A DNA stretch of 64,000 nucleotides, from the NCBI GenBank assembly GCA_963773925.1, contig CAVZDC010000006.1, positions 16,512-80,511 of the forward strand, read 5' to 3'. Source of the DNA: Pirellulales bacterium. GTDB lineage: Bacteria; Planctomycetota; Planctomycetia; Pirellulales; JADZDJ01. The translations under genes were made by a program, and so were the position numbers. The notes below the pieces were generated by a model. That model saw only the letters and a list, made by a program, of their open reading frames with translations, had not been told where the DNA came from and searched no databases. Shown here piece after piece: positions 1 through 10,877 of the stretch; position 1 is the first letter of the stretch, and each line of letters begins with the position of its first letter.

Positions 1-89
1 GCAGAAAAGGGCCGGCCGCATTCAACTTGAGAAAAAATTGCCGCTAGTCCGCGGCGGCAGGGCAAAGTGTGCGGGCACTGGGCCCGCAT

Positions 90-392
90 TTAGGCCAGAG
101 TTTTGGCCAATTGATCGCGCAGTGCGCTTTCGATTTTGCCCTTAAACATCATCGCGGCAAAAGGAATTTGCCCGTCGAGCTGTACGTCGTTGGGCCCCAC
201 GACCACGTTGCCGCTGATATCGAAGCCGTACGTCTTGAAGCCAAAGTTCAGCGTGTTGTCGGCCCACGAATCGTGAAGATTCGTGACCTGATCCTGATAC
301 TTATCCTTCACCTTCACCAGCAGCGTCTTCAAGCGGTTGACCGCTTCTTCCTGCCCCAACTGGTGCGGAAAATTCAGTTTCAAACTCGGCAT
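90..392 (-). CDS. Polyhydroxyalkanoic acid system family protein (PHA_gran_rgn-like), ~100 aa
   Basis: MPSLKLNFPHQLGQEEAVNRL...LDGQIPFAAMMFKGKIESALRDQL matches the family pattern; ATG at 392 chosen over the upstream extension. Confidence 0.8.
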   Translation of the reverse strand: MPSLKLNFPHQLGQEEAVNRLKTLLVKVKDKYQDQVTNLHDSWADNTLNFGFKTYGFDISGNVVVGPNDVQLDGQIPFAAMMFKGKIESALRDQLAKTLA

Positions 393-533
393 GAGAGCTT
401 CGTCCTTGTGCGCGGGCAATCGTCCGTGGAAGCAACGTTTGGCGAGCTTAGCAAATTCGCTTCGCGGCGCACAGGGAGACATCGCGCCGGCGGCGGAAGC
501 GAAAGCCACGGATTCAAGCGCTCCGACCGGCGC

Positions 534-743
534 TCAATCTTCGTCGCCCGTCAGATCGGCGTAGTTGCGGGAATCGCTGGGATGCCACAAGGGCAGCCCC
601 ATTCTTAATCGTTGCGCCAGAACGGCAAGTTTTTCGCCCGAGCCAGGCAGCGCTCGCGTCGGTTCGTAGCCGGCCTCTTCCACTTTGGGAGGTTCGTAAT
701 CCCAAAGCCCCATCTTCACTGCATCAAGAACTGAAATTGGCAC
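534..743 (-). CDS. Small conserved hypothetical protein (PGSxEK...R...GLPLWHP motif)
   Basis: GTG at 743 preceded by AGGAG; VPISVLDAVKMGLWDYEP...PTRALPGSGEKLAVLAQRLRMGLPLWHPSD. Confidence 0.7.
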   Translation of the reverse strand: MPISVLDAVKMGLWDYEPPKVEEAGYEPTRALPGSGEKLAVLAQRLRMGLPLWHPSDSRNYADLTGDED

Positions 744-880
744 GCCGTGACTCCTGTATCCCTCAAGAGGTTTCGTCGCTACGATGATGTGCCTCTTGCA
801 CGCGGCGACTAATGGTGCGCTCTTCCGCTCCACGGTGCGGGCATGGCAAGCGTGCAGTATTCGGTTCGATTTCAACGCTG

Positions 881-1550
881 TCAAGCATTTTTATTGGCCC
901 GATAGGGCAGATCGCACGTGGCAAAAAAATCGCCGGCGATTGGCCCGTTAATTGCTTGTTGCGATGTGTCTCGTTTTGCAACGGCGGCAATTTCAGTCTG
1001 CTTTTTCTGCGCGCTTCGATGTTGCAGTTGCGATCGTTGAGCGTCTGCCAAGCGCGCGTTTAGCCGCTTTACTAGAGCCAGATTCAGCGGTTCGCACCAG
1101 GCTCCGTGAAAAACGACATAGCCGTCGTCCCAACGCCCCAGCGCCGCTTTGACGTCGCGATGTTGAAAATCTGTCGCTTTTTCTGCCACTCGCAATACAA
1201 GGTTTCGCAGCGGAATTTCCTGCCCCGCAGCGCCCGGCAACTGCCCCACGCCGCGCCCACGAAAAAACATTCCACAATTTCCACCGGTAGACGAATCGGC
1301 CGGCCGCGCGCAAATAAACCAATATCTCTCCCTCGGCGTACGCCAACCGCGGCCGAAATATCTGCGGCAGCAAGATTACAAATAGCGCCAATCCAAACGC
1401 CGCCGCCGCCAAACCGACGTAATAAAACCACGCCCTGACGCCCGATTGCGCGACGGCCACTACAATCAGGCCTCCCAAAATCAACACGGCCGGCAGTATC
1501 ATGCCCAACAGCAGAATGCGGCGATTGGTACGCAGCCAGGTTTCCTGCAT
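881..1550 (-). CDS. Hypothetical membrane protein (2 N-terminal TM helices), split by ~2 frameshifts
   Basis: Three consecutive frames join up: MQETWLRTNRRILLLG...EILVYLR / PIRLPVEIVECFFVG / LRNLVLRVAEKA...WCEPLNLALVKRLN. Confidence 0.6.
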
Positions 1551-1631
1551 CGTCGCTCAACCGAGGTAAATCACGTATTGCACCCTTGCGTGAGGCTACT
1601 GTAGCACAGGCCGCATGCATCGTCACGACTT

Positions 1632-3212
1632 ATGACCACGCAACCGCAAGCTCCGCCTGCTAGTCCGAACGCGGCGTCCCCCGTGGCGCGCTCCTGGCAA
1701 GGGGCTGCAGTGATCGTTGCTGCGCTGGTCGTGGCGTATCTGATCGCGCTGGGCGCCGGCTGGCCGCAAACAGTGACCGAAAAGATCGTAGCCGGCGAGC
1801 AGTCGCAGCCCGGCGCAACCAATCACGATGAACCGCCGCCACCACCGCTGTACACAATCCTTCCGTTCGTCTTGCTGTTGGCGGCGATCGCGCTGCTGCC
1901 GCTTCTGCCCGCCACCGCGCATCGCTGGGAAAGCAATTTGTACCGGTTTTATGTGGCGGCGGGCTTGGCGGCGATCTCGCTGGCATATTATTTGTTCCTG
2001 CACCCCACGCCAATCATCGGCCACTTTCCCACGCACCATTTATCCTGGACGAGCGATGGCGAAACGCTTCACTGGGGCACCGTCGGCGATTTGCTGGCCA
2101 ACTCCCTCCTGCAGGAATATCTCCCCTTCATCGTGCTGCTGTTTGCCCTGTTCACCATCTGCGGTGGCATCCGCATCGAAGGCGATTTGCGCGCCCGCGC
2201 CCTCACCAACACCGCATTTCTCGGCGTAGGCGCTGCCCTGGCCAGCTTCATCGGCACCACCGGCGCGGCGATGGTGCTGATCCGCCCACTGTTGCATACC
2301 AACCGCGAGCGGAAGCATGTGGTGCATACGGTCGTGTTTTTCATCTTCACCGTGTGCAATTGCGGCGGATGCCTGTTGCCGCTGGGCGATCCGCCGCTCT
2401 TTCTCGGATACTTGCAAGGCGTGCCGTTCCTCTGGACGCTGACGCTGTGGAAGGAGTGGCTGCTGGTCAATTGCCTGTTGTTGGCGATTTACTTCCTTTG
2501 GGATCACTTCTATTTCCACCCGCGCGAAGCGGCGCAGGATATCGCCCGCGATGAACTTCGCGTGCACCGGTTGCAATTCGCCGGCTTGTGGCTGAACGGT
2601 CCGTTGCTCGTCGGCGTGGTGCTGGCCGTGGGACTATTGGATCCCAGCAAAGCGATTCCGGGCACCGACTGGCATCCGTGGCTTTATTTGCGCGAAGCGG
2701 TGATGTTGGCCTTGGTGGCGCTCTCGCTTGGGTTTGGCTCGCCGCATACCCGGACGCACAACAAATTCAACTTCGCGCCGATTGTGGAAGTGGCGGTGCT
2801 GTTTTTCGGCATTTTCATCTGTATGCAGCCGGCGCTGCAAATTCTCGACGCCGAAGGGGCCAGGCTGGGCATCGACTCGCCACATAAGTTCTTCTGGGCC
2901 ACGGGCGGCTTGTCGTCGTTCCTGGACAATGCTCCCACGTACCTGGTGTTCTACGAAACGGCTCGATCGCTGGTCGGCATGCCCGGCCCGTTTGTCGCCA
3001 GCACCGGCGTGCCCGAAAACTTGCTCATCCCTATCAGTTTGGGCGCGGTGTTTATGGGCGCGATGACCTACATCGGCAACGGGCCGAACTTCATGGTCAA
3101 ATCCATTGCCGACCGCTCCGGCGTCAAGATGCCAAGCTTCTTCGGATACATGCTCTATAGCTGCGGCATTCTGCTGCCGCTAATGGTGCTGCTGAGCGTG
3201 TTGTGGTTGTAG
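1632..3212 (+). CDS. Ion-transporter (IT) superfamily protein, putative sodium:proton antiporter / citrate transporter-like
   Basis: Multi-TM protein; motifs SFIGTTGAAM, NCGGCLLPLGDPPLFLG, LSSFLDNAPTY, GAMTYIGNGPNFMVK. Confidence 0.85.
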   Translation: MTTQPQAPPASPNAASPVARSWQGAAVIVAALVVAYLIALGAGWPQTVTEKIVAGEQSQPGATNHDEPPPPPLYTILPFVLLLAAIALLPLLPATAHRWESNLYRFYVAAGLAAISLAYYLFLHPTPIIGHFPTHHLSWTSDGETLHWGTVGDLLANSLLQEYLPFIVLLFALFTICGGIRIEGDLRARALTNTAFLGVGAALASFIGTTGAAMVLIRPLLHTNRERKHVVHTVVFFIFTVCNCGGCLLPLGDPPLFLGYLQGVPFLWTLTLWKEWLLVNCLLLAIYFLWDHFYFHPREAAQDIARDELRVHRLQFAGLWLNGPLLVGVVLAVGLLDPSKAIPGTDWHPWLYLREAVMLALVALSLGFGSPHTRTHNKFNFAPIVEVAVLFFGIFICMQPALQILDAEGARLGIDSPHKFFWATGGLSSFLDNAPTYLVFYETARSLVGMPGPFVASTGVPENLLIPISLGAVFMGAMTYIGNGPNFMVKSIADRSGVKMPSFFGYMLYSCGILLPLMVLLSVLWL

Positions 3213-3288
3213 AATAAAGTGGCACAAATCACGAATCTTCAAAACGATCGCTTCCACCCTGACTCCTGAGCCCTGACCGCTTTCCTGC

Positions 3289-4472
3289 ATGTCGTACACC
3301 CACATCACCACGCCCGGACAACTCGCAGCTTTTTGCGAAAAGCTGGCCGCCGCCGATGTGATTGCCTTCGACACCGAATTCGTTTCGGAACACACCTACC
3401 GCTCGCAACTATGCCTGATTCAGGTGTGCACGCCCGAATTGCTGGCAGTGATCGATCCACTGTCCGCCGGCGACATGAAGCAATTTTGGGAAGTGCTCGC
3501 CGAGCCCGGTCATCAAACCGTGGTTCATGCCGGCCGCGAGGAGTTGATCTTTTCGCTGCACGCCATCGGCCGCCGGCCTGCGAAGCTGTTCGACGTGCAA
3601 ATCGCCGCGGGACTGGTGGGGGACGAATTTCCTGCCGGCTATGCCTCGCTGGTCACACGCCTGCTGCGCAAGTCGATGCACAAGGGCGAAACCCGCACCG
3701 ACTGGCGGCGCCGGCCGCTCAATCGCCAGCAGTTGGAATACGCTTTGGACGACGTGCACTACCTGATTCCCATGCGCGACAAGCTAACACAGCGCATCGC
3801 CGAACTGGGCCGCACCGCCTGGCTGGAAACAGAAATGGCGGCGTTTCAAGAGGAAGTGGAAGCCGCGCGCACCCGGGAGCGCTGGTGGCGAATTTCCGGA
3901 ATTTCGAACTGGCGCCCCGGTCGCTGGCGGTGGCACGCGAGTTGTGGCGGTGGCGCGAAGCGGAAGCCCAGCGCCGCGATTTGCCGCCGCGGCAGGTGCT
4001 GCGCGACGATCTGCTGGTAGAGCTAGCCAAGCGCCGCAGCGCCGACGTGCAGCACATCCGGCTAGTGCGGGGGATGGAACGGCGCGAATTGCAGCCGTTT
4101 CTCGCCAAAATCGCCGAGCACATCCAGCGCGCCCTCGATCTGCCGCAGGATGAATTGCCTAAATCCGATCGCCGCGACGTGCCCAGCCAAATCAACGTGC
4201 TGGGACAATTTCTGTCCACCGCACTGACGAGTTTGTGCCGCGCGAAGGAATTAGCGCCGGCCTTAGTCGGCACCGTGAGCGATGTCCGCGACCTGGTGGC
4301 CTTTCGACTGGGCTTCGTCAACGGCCAGCCGCCGGCACTGGCCCAGGGTTGGCGGGCCGACGTCGTCGGCACGCTCATCGACGACTTGCTCTCCGGCCGC
4401 ATGAGCATTCGCATTACCGACCCGCTTTCGGATCATCCCTTGACGTTTGAAAGCCAAGGGGAGAAAACGTAG
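3289..4472 (+). CDS. rnd: Ribonuclease D (DEDDy exonuclease + HRDC), frameshift near 3910
   Basis: AFDTEF, HAGREE, FDVQIAA, TDWRRRPL...YALDDV; HRDC half (WREAEAQRRDLPPRQVLRDD) in the next frame. Confidence 0.9.
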
Positions 4473-4503
4473 CTCTGATCTCGCCCCGCAAAGGAGTGCT
4501 TGC

Positions 4504-4938
4504 ATGGCCACCAGCGAGCCCACGTATCCGCACGACCAACCGCTAGCAACCGAACTGGCGTCCATTCGCCGCCGGCTCACCTGGCTCACCGCCGCCGTGT
4601 TCTTTGTTGCTCTGGCTCTGCTCCTGTTTGTGGCCGGAGTGCTATCGGGCGAGATCGATTATCACTACGGCGAATACAAGCTCATTGCCGGCGCGTGCAC
4701 AGGCGGCGTGGTGATGGGTTTTCTCTTCGGTTGGTTAGCGGCGCCGCGCCTGCTAGCAATTCCAGCGCGAAGCTGGGCAATTTCGGCATCTCTGATCACC
4801 TCCCGCGACTTTGCGGATTCTTCCGAAATTTCCGCAAGTATCGGTTATTCCGGGTCCGATGTATGCCAAGCCGGACGGACTACGTCCGCAGTTCCGGCGG
4901 TGATCGCGATGTCAGTGCGCTCACTCGGATTGAAATGA
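4504..4938 (+). CDS. Small hypothetical membrane protein (may really end near 4756 if there is an indel)
   Basis: AAGGAG upstream of ATG 4504; two hydrophobic segments; the C-terminal half looks non-coding. Confidence 0.5.
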   Translation: MATSEPTYPHDQPLATELASIRRRLTWLTAAVFFVALALLLFVAGVLSGEIDYHYGEYKLIAGACTGGVVMGFLFGWLAAPRLLAIPARSWAISASLITSRDFADSSEISASIGYSGSDVCQAGRTTSAVPAVIAMSVRSLGLK

Positions 4939-4957
4939 CAAGCAGAGAGGAATTCGT

Positions 4958-6752
4958 ATGACGAGCCTAAAACTTCGCGCCGTTTTGGCGCTGACGTTCG
5001 GACTGGGAATCGGCGCAATTCTGGCCAGCACCGCGCCTGCTGCGAACGCCGACGGTGGAAAGAATTCCGCCGTGCGTCAGGCCTCCGCCGAGGAAGCCAG
5101 CGATTCCGGCGACGAGCTGATCCTCCCGGAACTCGACAAACCGGTGTCAAAGAAATCCTCTGCCCAGCGGCCGACCGCTCCAGCCAGAAGCGGCTCTCTC
5201 GAGCACCAATCCGCGAGCAAGAAAACCAGTACCTCGTCGAAAACCGGCCAGCAATTGACCGATCGCGATCAATCGGAACAAGCCGATGCGGCGTCCAAGC
5301 GCATGCCGCACCCGGCCCAGCGAAATGGCTATTCGCAGGCGCCCGAAGTGACTTCCATGGCCCGAGGCCAGAACCGGTACGGCACCACGCAAAGCGGCGC
5401 CTACATGCCGGCTTCGCCCTATGGCACGCCACGCTATGCCGGCGGCTATCCGCCGAACTATCCGCCAGCGCACGGCTCGCGGCCGATGTCGGCCATGTAT
5501 TTCGATCGCAACGTGCCGTCCGACGCAATGCCGATGCGCGGCGCTCAAAGTGCGCCCGCCCAGGCTTATCCTCAATACCGCGCCGATGCGCGTGGCTAAT
5601 CGACTGAACGAACCTACGCCCGCTCCGCCTGCCGTGCCGGCTCCGGAAGGCACCGAATCAGTGATGCCGGAAAGCATCCCGCCGGGCAGCGCTGCATCGC
5701 CCGACCACAGTAGCGGCGAAGTGTACGGACCGTACGACGACGCATTTGGCGATTGTGGCCAGTGTGGCCAGTGCGGCCCCTGCGGCGGCGACGGTTGCAA
5801 TCCATGCTGTGCGCCGCGCGGCAATTGGGTGGCCGGCGTGGAGCTGATGGTGCTGCGGCCCACTTCCAGCGAAAACATCGCGTTTCAGCAACAGGTTACC
5901 AACTCCGACTCGCTCACTCAAACCGACACGGTGGTCCAGCGCGATTGGGGCTACAACGGCTCGTTCCGCACTTACATTGGTTATCAGTGGTCCGATTGTT
6001 GCGAGGAAATTCGCTTCACCTATTGGAATTTCAACGATAGCGTCCGGCAGTTGAGCCCCGCCGCTTCCGACGACGGAACCACGCTGGTCCAGTACACAGG
6101 TCAGCTGGAAATCAACGCGTTGGATCCCGGCGATCGGCTGCTGACTAACAACAGCCTGATCATGAACACCTACGACATCGATTATTCAAAATGCATTTGC
6201 TACGGCGATTGCGATCCGTGCAATCCGTGCTGCTGCTGCCCGCCCTGGGGCCTGAAGTACTACGTCGGCGTGCGCATTGCCGACGTGCAGCGCGGCGACA
6301 ATTCCCAAGTCAGCAATCCGGAAAGCGGCGTGCTCGCCCAGTCGTTCATTCACACCAAGTTCGTGGGCGCCGGTCCGCGGGTGGGCTTGGAAGGCCGGCG
6401 CTGGTTCGGTTGCGATAAATGCTGGTCGCTGTATGCCCGCAGCAATTTCGCCTTGATCCTCGGACAGTTCGACATTGACGAAAGCACGCTGAACTCGTCC
6501 TCGCAGACTGGTTCATTCACGAACCAATCGTATACCGATAGCCACGACCGCGTGATTCCTGTGGCCGAAATCGAGCTGGGCGGAACGTGGCAAATCAATT
6601 GCCGCTGGAATTTCTCGGCCGGGTACGATTGGCAGGGCTGGTGGGATCTGGGCATGTTCGAGCAAGGCGCCAACACGTTCCAGGAACCGATCGATACCTC
6701 CAACATCCTGTCGCTCGACGGCTTCTTCGCCCGCTTGGAATACAGTTTCTAA
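4958..6752 (+). CDS. Outer-membrane beta-barrel (Lpg1974/BBP7-like) with signal peptide and low-complexity N-terminus, frameshift near 5585
   Basis: Signal peptide ending in ANA; alternating beta-strand pattern, GPRVGLEG motif, C-terminal DGFFARLEYSF ending in Phe (BAM signal). Confidence 0.75.
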
Positions 6753-6789
6753 TCCGGGCGCCGAAGCCTCCAAACTGCGCTACTTTTCC

Positions 6790-6821
6790 AAGCCCACGGG
6801 TTGTAGCTCGTGGGCTTTTTT
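6790..6821 (+). terminator. Rho-independent terminator
   Basis: AAGCCCACGGG-TTGTAG-CTCGTGGGCTT stem followed by a T tract, between convergent genes. Confidence 0.75.
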
Positions 6822-6854
6822 CGTGCCGGCCGGCGCCGAATCTCGCCCCCTGTG

Positions 6855-7676
6855 TCACCCCATGCTCGCCATGCCGAGCAGCTTGCGCAGCGCGGTGATT
6901 CCCACCTCGCCGAACTGCCGCGGCGGGATCTGCCAAATCGCCGGGTTCATCAGCTCTACCGAAACGCAGCCGGCGTAGTTGATCTCGCGCAGGCGATCGA
7001 CGATCGGCCCCAGCGGAAAATCGCCATCGCCGGGCAGAATGCGATCGCCGTCGGTGGCAAACTCTCGTGGATAGCCGGCCAGGTCGCACAACTGCACGTG
7101 GAACAGATTCTCATTGGTCAGATACTGCAGATCGGCCTCTTTGCTCGAGCCCGTGAAGAAATGGAACACGTCCAGGCATAGTCCCAGATGCGGACTGCCG
7201 ACGTCTTCCACCAGCGCCGCGGCTGATTGCAAATTGTTCGGATAAGTCGCCTTGGCTTGAAATTCCAGCGACAACTGCACTCCATGCTGGCCGGCTTGTT
7301 GGCCAGCCTGCTCAAGCGACACGCGCAGCCGATCGAAATCTTGCTGCCCCAGCGGACCCTGCACGTCGCCGGCAATCACCAGTGTTTTCACTTCCAGCGC
7401 CTGGCACAACTCCAGCCGCTTGGCGAAATGATTCCAATGCTCGCACCGCGCGTCGCCTTGCGAAACCAGCAATCCGCCTTGAAAGCTAGCCGCCGGCACG
7501 GCCATGCGATGCTTCTTCAGGAGCTGCCCTACGTCATCGACGCTGTGCGATTGCAGATACGTCTCGAGCTTTCCCAACCAAATTTCAATCGCCTCGCAGT
7601 GCCCCGCCGCATAATCTTCCACATCCTGCTCAAACGACGCATGCAGCGTGCAAACCTGGCTGAGCGCAGGGATCAT
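6855..7676 (-). CDS. Sugar phosphate isomerase/epimerase (xylose isomerase-like TIM barrel)
   Basis: SLEF, LDVFHF, HVQLCD, RILPGDG, SVELMN metal-binding motifs. Confidence 0.85.
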   Translation of the reverse strand: MIPALSQVCTLHASFEQDVEDYAAGHCEAIEIWLGKLETYLQSHSVDDVGQLLKKHRMAVPAASFQGGLLVSQGDARCEHWNHFAKRLELCQALEVKTLVIAGDVQGPLGQQDFDRLRVSLEQAGQQAGQHGVQLSLEFQAKATYPNNLQSAAALVEDVGSPHLGLCLDVFHFFTGSSKEADLQYLTNENLFHVQLCDLAGYPREFATDGDRILPGDGDFPLGPIVDRLREINYAGCVSVELMNPAIWQIPPRQFGEVGITALRKLLGMASMG

Positions 7677-7679
7677 GCA

Positions 7680-9132
7680 TCACCCGATTCGCCGACTAAT
7701 ATCACCGACCACATCGTCCACCTTCACGCGCGTTTGTTCGAGCGAGTCACGATCGCGAACCGTCACAGTCTTGTCCTGCAGCGATTGGCCATCGACGGTA
7801 ATGCAATACGGCGTACCAGCCTCGTCCTGCCGTCGGTAGCGGCGGCCGATGGCGCTTTTTTCGTCGTAGTAAACATTCATCTGCTTCTTCAGCGCGGTAG
7901 ATGTCCTGCGCCATTTCCGGCATCCCGTCTTTTTTCACCAGCGGAAACACTGCCGCCTTGATCGGCGCCAGCTTGGGATGAAATTTCATCACCACGCGGG
8001 TTTGCATCTGCCCTTTTTCATCCGGCGCTTGATCTTCGCAATACGCTTCGCACAAAAATGCCAAGGTGGCGCGGTCGGCCCCTGCGGCCGGCTCGATCAC
8101 GTGCGGCGTGTACCGCTCCTTCCTCACGTCGTCGAAATATTGCAGATCCTTTCCACTCCCCTTGTACTTCGGCTTGCCGTCGGGGCCCAACTCGAGTTGC
8201 AGCGGCCGGGTGCTGGGATCGAGCTTGCCTTCCATGTGGCTCCGCAAGTCGAAATCGCCGCGGTGGGCCACGCCTTCCAGCTCGCCATACTCGCCGGCCG
8301 CCAGGAACGGAAAACCGTATTCGATATCCGACGTGCCGCAGGAATAATGGCTCAACTCATCCTTGCCGTGCTCGCGCAGTTGGAGCCGCTCACTCGACAG
8401 CCCCAAATCGGCGTACCACTTCATCCGTCGGTCGCGCCAATAGCGATACCACTCCTGCGATTGGCTGGGATGGCAGAAGAATTCCATCTCCATCTGCTCG
8501 AACTCGCGGCTGCGGAACGTGAAATTGCGCGGCGTAATCTCGTTGCGAAAACTCTTGCCCATCTGCGCGATCCCGAAAGGAATTTTCACGCGCGAACTGT
8601 CCAACACATTCTTGAAATTCACGAACATCCCCTGCGCCGTTTCCGGCCGCAAATACGCAGCATCTTCCTCGCCCCCCAGTGCCCCGATGATCGTCTTGAA
8701 CATCAAATTGAAATCGCGCGGCGCCGTGAGTTGGCATTTTTCGAACTCGCCGGGATGCTTGCTCGGCTTCAGCGGACATTCGCTGGAGGGGATTTGATCG
8801 ACGCGAAAGCGCCCTTTGCACCCCTCGGTGCGGCAATCGACCATTTTGTCCACGAACAGATCGAAGTGCCCGGAGCATTTCCACACCTGCGGGTGCATGA
8901 TGATCGAGCATTCAAGCCCAACCATCTCGAACGCTTCCGGCGCGCCCGGCGGCACGTCCAGGTCGTCGTGCCCGGTGACCATGTCGCGCCACCACGTTTC
9001 CTTGATGTTCCGTTTCAACTCCACGCCCAGCGGCCCGTAGTCCCAAAAGCCGTTGAGCCCGCCGTAAATTTCGCTCGACTGAAAGATGAAGCCCCGCCGC
9101 TTGCACAGCGAGACAAGTTTTTCCATGTCCAT
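7680..9132 (-). CDS. glyQS: Glycine--tRNA ligase (alpha2 type), frameshift near 7890
   Basis: LCKRRGFIFQSSEIYGG, LRPETAQG, GKSFRNEITPRNF, REFEQME, IEPAAG; anticodon domain AIGRRYRRQDEAGTPYCITVD in the next frame. Confidence 0.95.
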
Positions 9133-9181
9133 GGTCAGTTGTCAGTGGTCAGTAAGTATTTGGCCGCCGAGCTTGCTCGGC

Positions 9182-9211
9182 GCGGTTTAGCCGCGACGCG
9201 GCAGCGGAGCG
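9182..9211. repeat. REP-like repeat family A, copy 1
   Basis: GCGGTTTAGCCGCGACGCGGCAGCGGAGCG, 29/30 identical to 16225-16254. Confidence 0.75.
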
Positions 9212-9217
9212 ATTTGT

Positions 9218-9980
9218 CTAAGTCGATTTCGTAATTCTCCACGCCTTCACATCCAGCACCGGCACAAAATCATACCGATCTATTCGCGCCGCGTCAGCAA
9301 TGTCTTGCTCCATACCCAGCGCGATCAGGTTATGGCCCCCCTGCGTGTGGCGAAGATTCTTGGCCAGTTGCTCGACGGCCGCCGGATCGTGCGAATCGGC
9401 CGATCCGATCATGTGCCGCCACGTGCCTCGAGCAATGCGCGCCTGATCGTTGATTTCGATTTTTGCCTCCGTCGAATTGCATACGTTATCGACCACCACC
9501 CCGGCAAACAGCACATCCTCGCGAGTGATTTCTCCCTCGGTGCCGGCGCATAGCAAATGGATTGCAGCTTCGCCGGCCAACCGCCGTGCGACGGCCGAAA
9601 GATTCACAAATGCTCCGACAAACACGGCACGGGCCGCCTTGCAAAGCTGCATGGCCTTGGTGCCATTAGTGCTGGTGAACACAATCGTCCGGTCACCAAC
9701 CGTTTGCGAAGCGTATTCGCGCGGCGAACTGCCCAGGTCAAAACCCGGAATTCGCTCCCCGTGACGTTCGCCGCCTAACAGCGCCGAATGCCTTCCCAAC
9801 TCCGCCGCCTTCCGTTTCGCTTCGTCGACTTCCAAGCACGGAATGATTTCCCGCGCCGGCCGCCAGCGCGGTGGTAATCGTCGTCGAGGCCCGCAGCACG
9901 TCGATCACCACAACCACGCCGCCGCCCAGCTTCTCGGCCGTGGTGAGCGCGGGCAAAAAGTGAACGGATAACGATGGCAT
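9218..9980 (-). CDS. comB: 2-phosphosulfolactate phosphatase family protein (ComB-like), frameshift near 9850
   Basis: VVVIDVLRASTT, LLGGERHG..GFDLGSSPRE, FTSTNGT, LCAGTEG...ED. Confidence 0.85.
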
Positions 9981-10089
9981 GGCGTCGATCATACGATTTT
10001 CGCGGACGGCCTGAAATGGCAGCGCCCGATCATTCCCCGAGCCCCACTACCGCTGCTATGCTGGGTACGTCACCCGCACGCGTGCGATT

Positions 10090-10140
10090 CCCCACTCCCC
10101 ATTCCGCATTCCCCACTCCGCACTCCCCGCACTCCCCATT
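10090..10140. repeat. Heptamer tandem repeat CC(C/G)CA(C/T)T x7
   Basis: CCCCACT CCCCATT CCGCATT CCCCACT CCGCACT CC CCGCACT CCCCATT directly upstream of menG. Confidence 0.8.
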
Positions 10141-10147
10141 TTCCTCC

Positions 10148-10867
10148 ATGCCTGTCGACAAATCGCAGTCTCGCGTGCGGCGGATGTTCGGCGAGATCGC
10201 CCCGCGCTACGAGCTGGTGAACCATCTGCTGTCGATGGGCATCGATCGATATTGGCGCTGGCAAACCGTTCGCCTGGTTCCGCCGCAGGGCGACGCGCCG
10301 CTTTTGGATGTGTGTTCCGGCACCGGCGCGCTGGTTCGCGCCTATTCGCGCCGCTTGCCGCCCGGGGTGCGGATCGTGGGCGCCGATTTCTGCCATGAAA
10401 TGCTCACCATCGGACGAGCTAAGTCGGCCGCCAATTCGCAGTCCAATGGCCGCGTGGCATTCATCGAGTCCGACGCCCTCCGGCTACCCTTCCCCGACAA
10501 TCAATTCCAGATTGTCAGCGTGGCCTTCGGCCTGCGCAATATGGTTGACGCCGACCAGGGCTTACGGGAAATGGTGCGCGTCTGTCGCCCCGGCGGTCGC
10601 GTGGTGATTCTCGATTTTTCCTTGCCGCAGCGGCAGCCGATGCGCGGCATTTATCTGTTGTTCTTTCGTCATGTGGTTCCCAAAGTGGGCCAGGCCGTTA
10701 CGCACAGCCCCTCGGGCGCGTACAATTATCTTCCAGCCAGCGTGATGGAATTTCCCGAAGGCGATGCACTGTGCCAACGAATGCGCACCGCCGGCTTGCA
10801 GGATCTGCGCTACCGGCCGATGACCTTTGGCACCGTCACGTTATACGTCGGACACAAGCCCGCTTGA
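10148..10867 (+). CDS. menG: Menaquinone/ubiquinone C-methyltransferase (MenG/UbiE)
   Basis: VRRMFGEIAPRYELVNHLLSMGIDRYWR, LDVCSGTG, VAFGLRN, AYNYLPAS. Confidence 0.9.
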   Translation: MPVDKSQSRVRRMFGEIAPRYELVNHLLSMGIDRYWRWQTVRLVPPQGDAPLLDVCSGTGALVRAYSRRLPPGVRIVGADFCHEMLTIGRAKSAANSQSNGRVAFIESDALRLPFPDNQFQIVSVAFGLRNMVDADQGLREMVRVCRPGGRVVILDFSLPQRQPMRGIYLLFFRHVVPKVGQAVTHSPSGAYNYLPASVMEFPEGDALCQRMRTAGLQDLRYRPMTFGTVTLYVGHKPA

Positions 10868-10877
10868 TGAACCAGCT

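Noticed and set aside
7978-9234. Long antisense ORFs (418 aa here; also 25321-26853, 36741-38339, 42026-43420, 52864-54129)
   Set aside because: They are shadows of well-supported genes on the other strand, expected in high-GC DNA, and carry no motifs
10090-10140. Possible CRISPR array
   Set aside because: 7-bp units with no unique spacers, and no cas genes in the window
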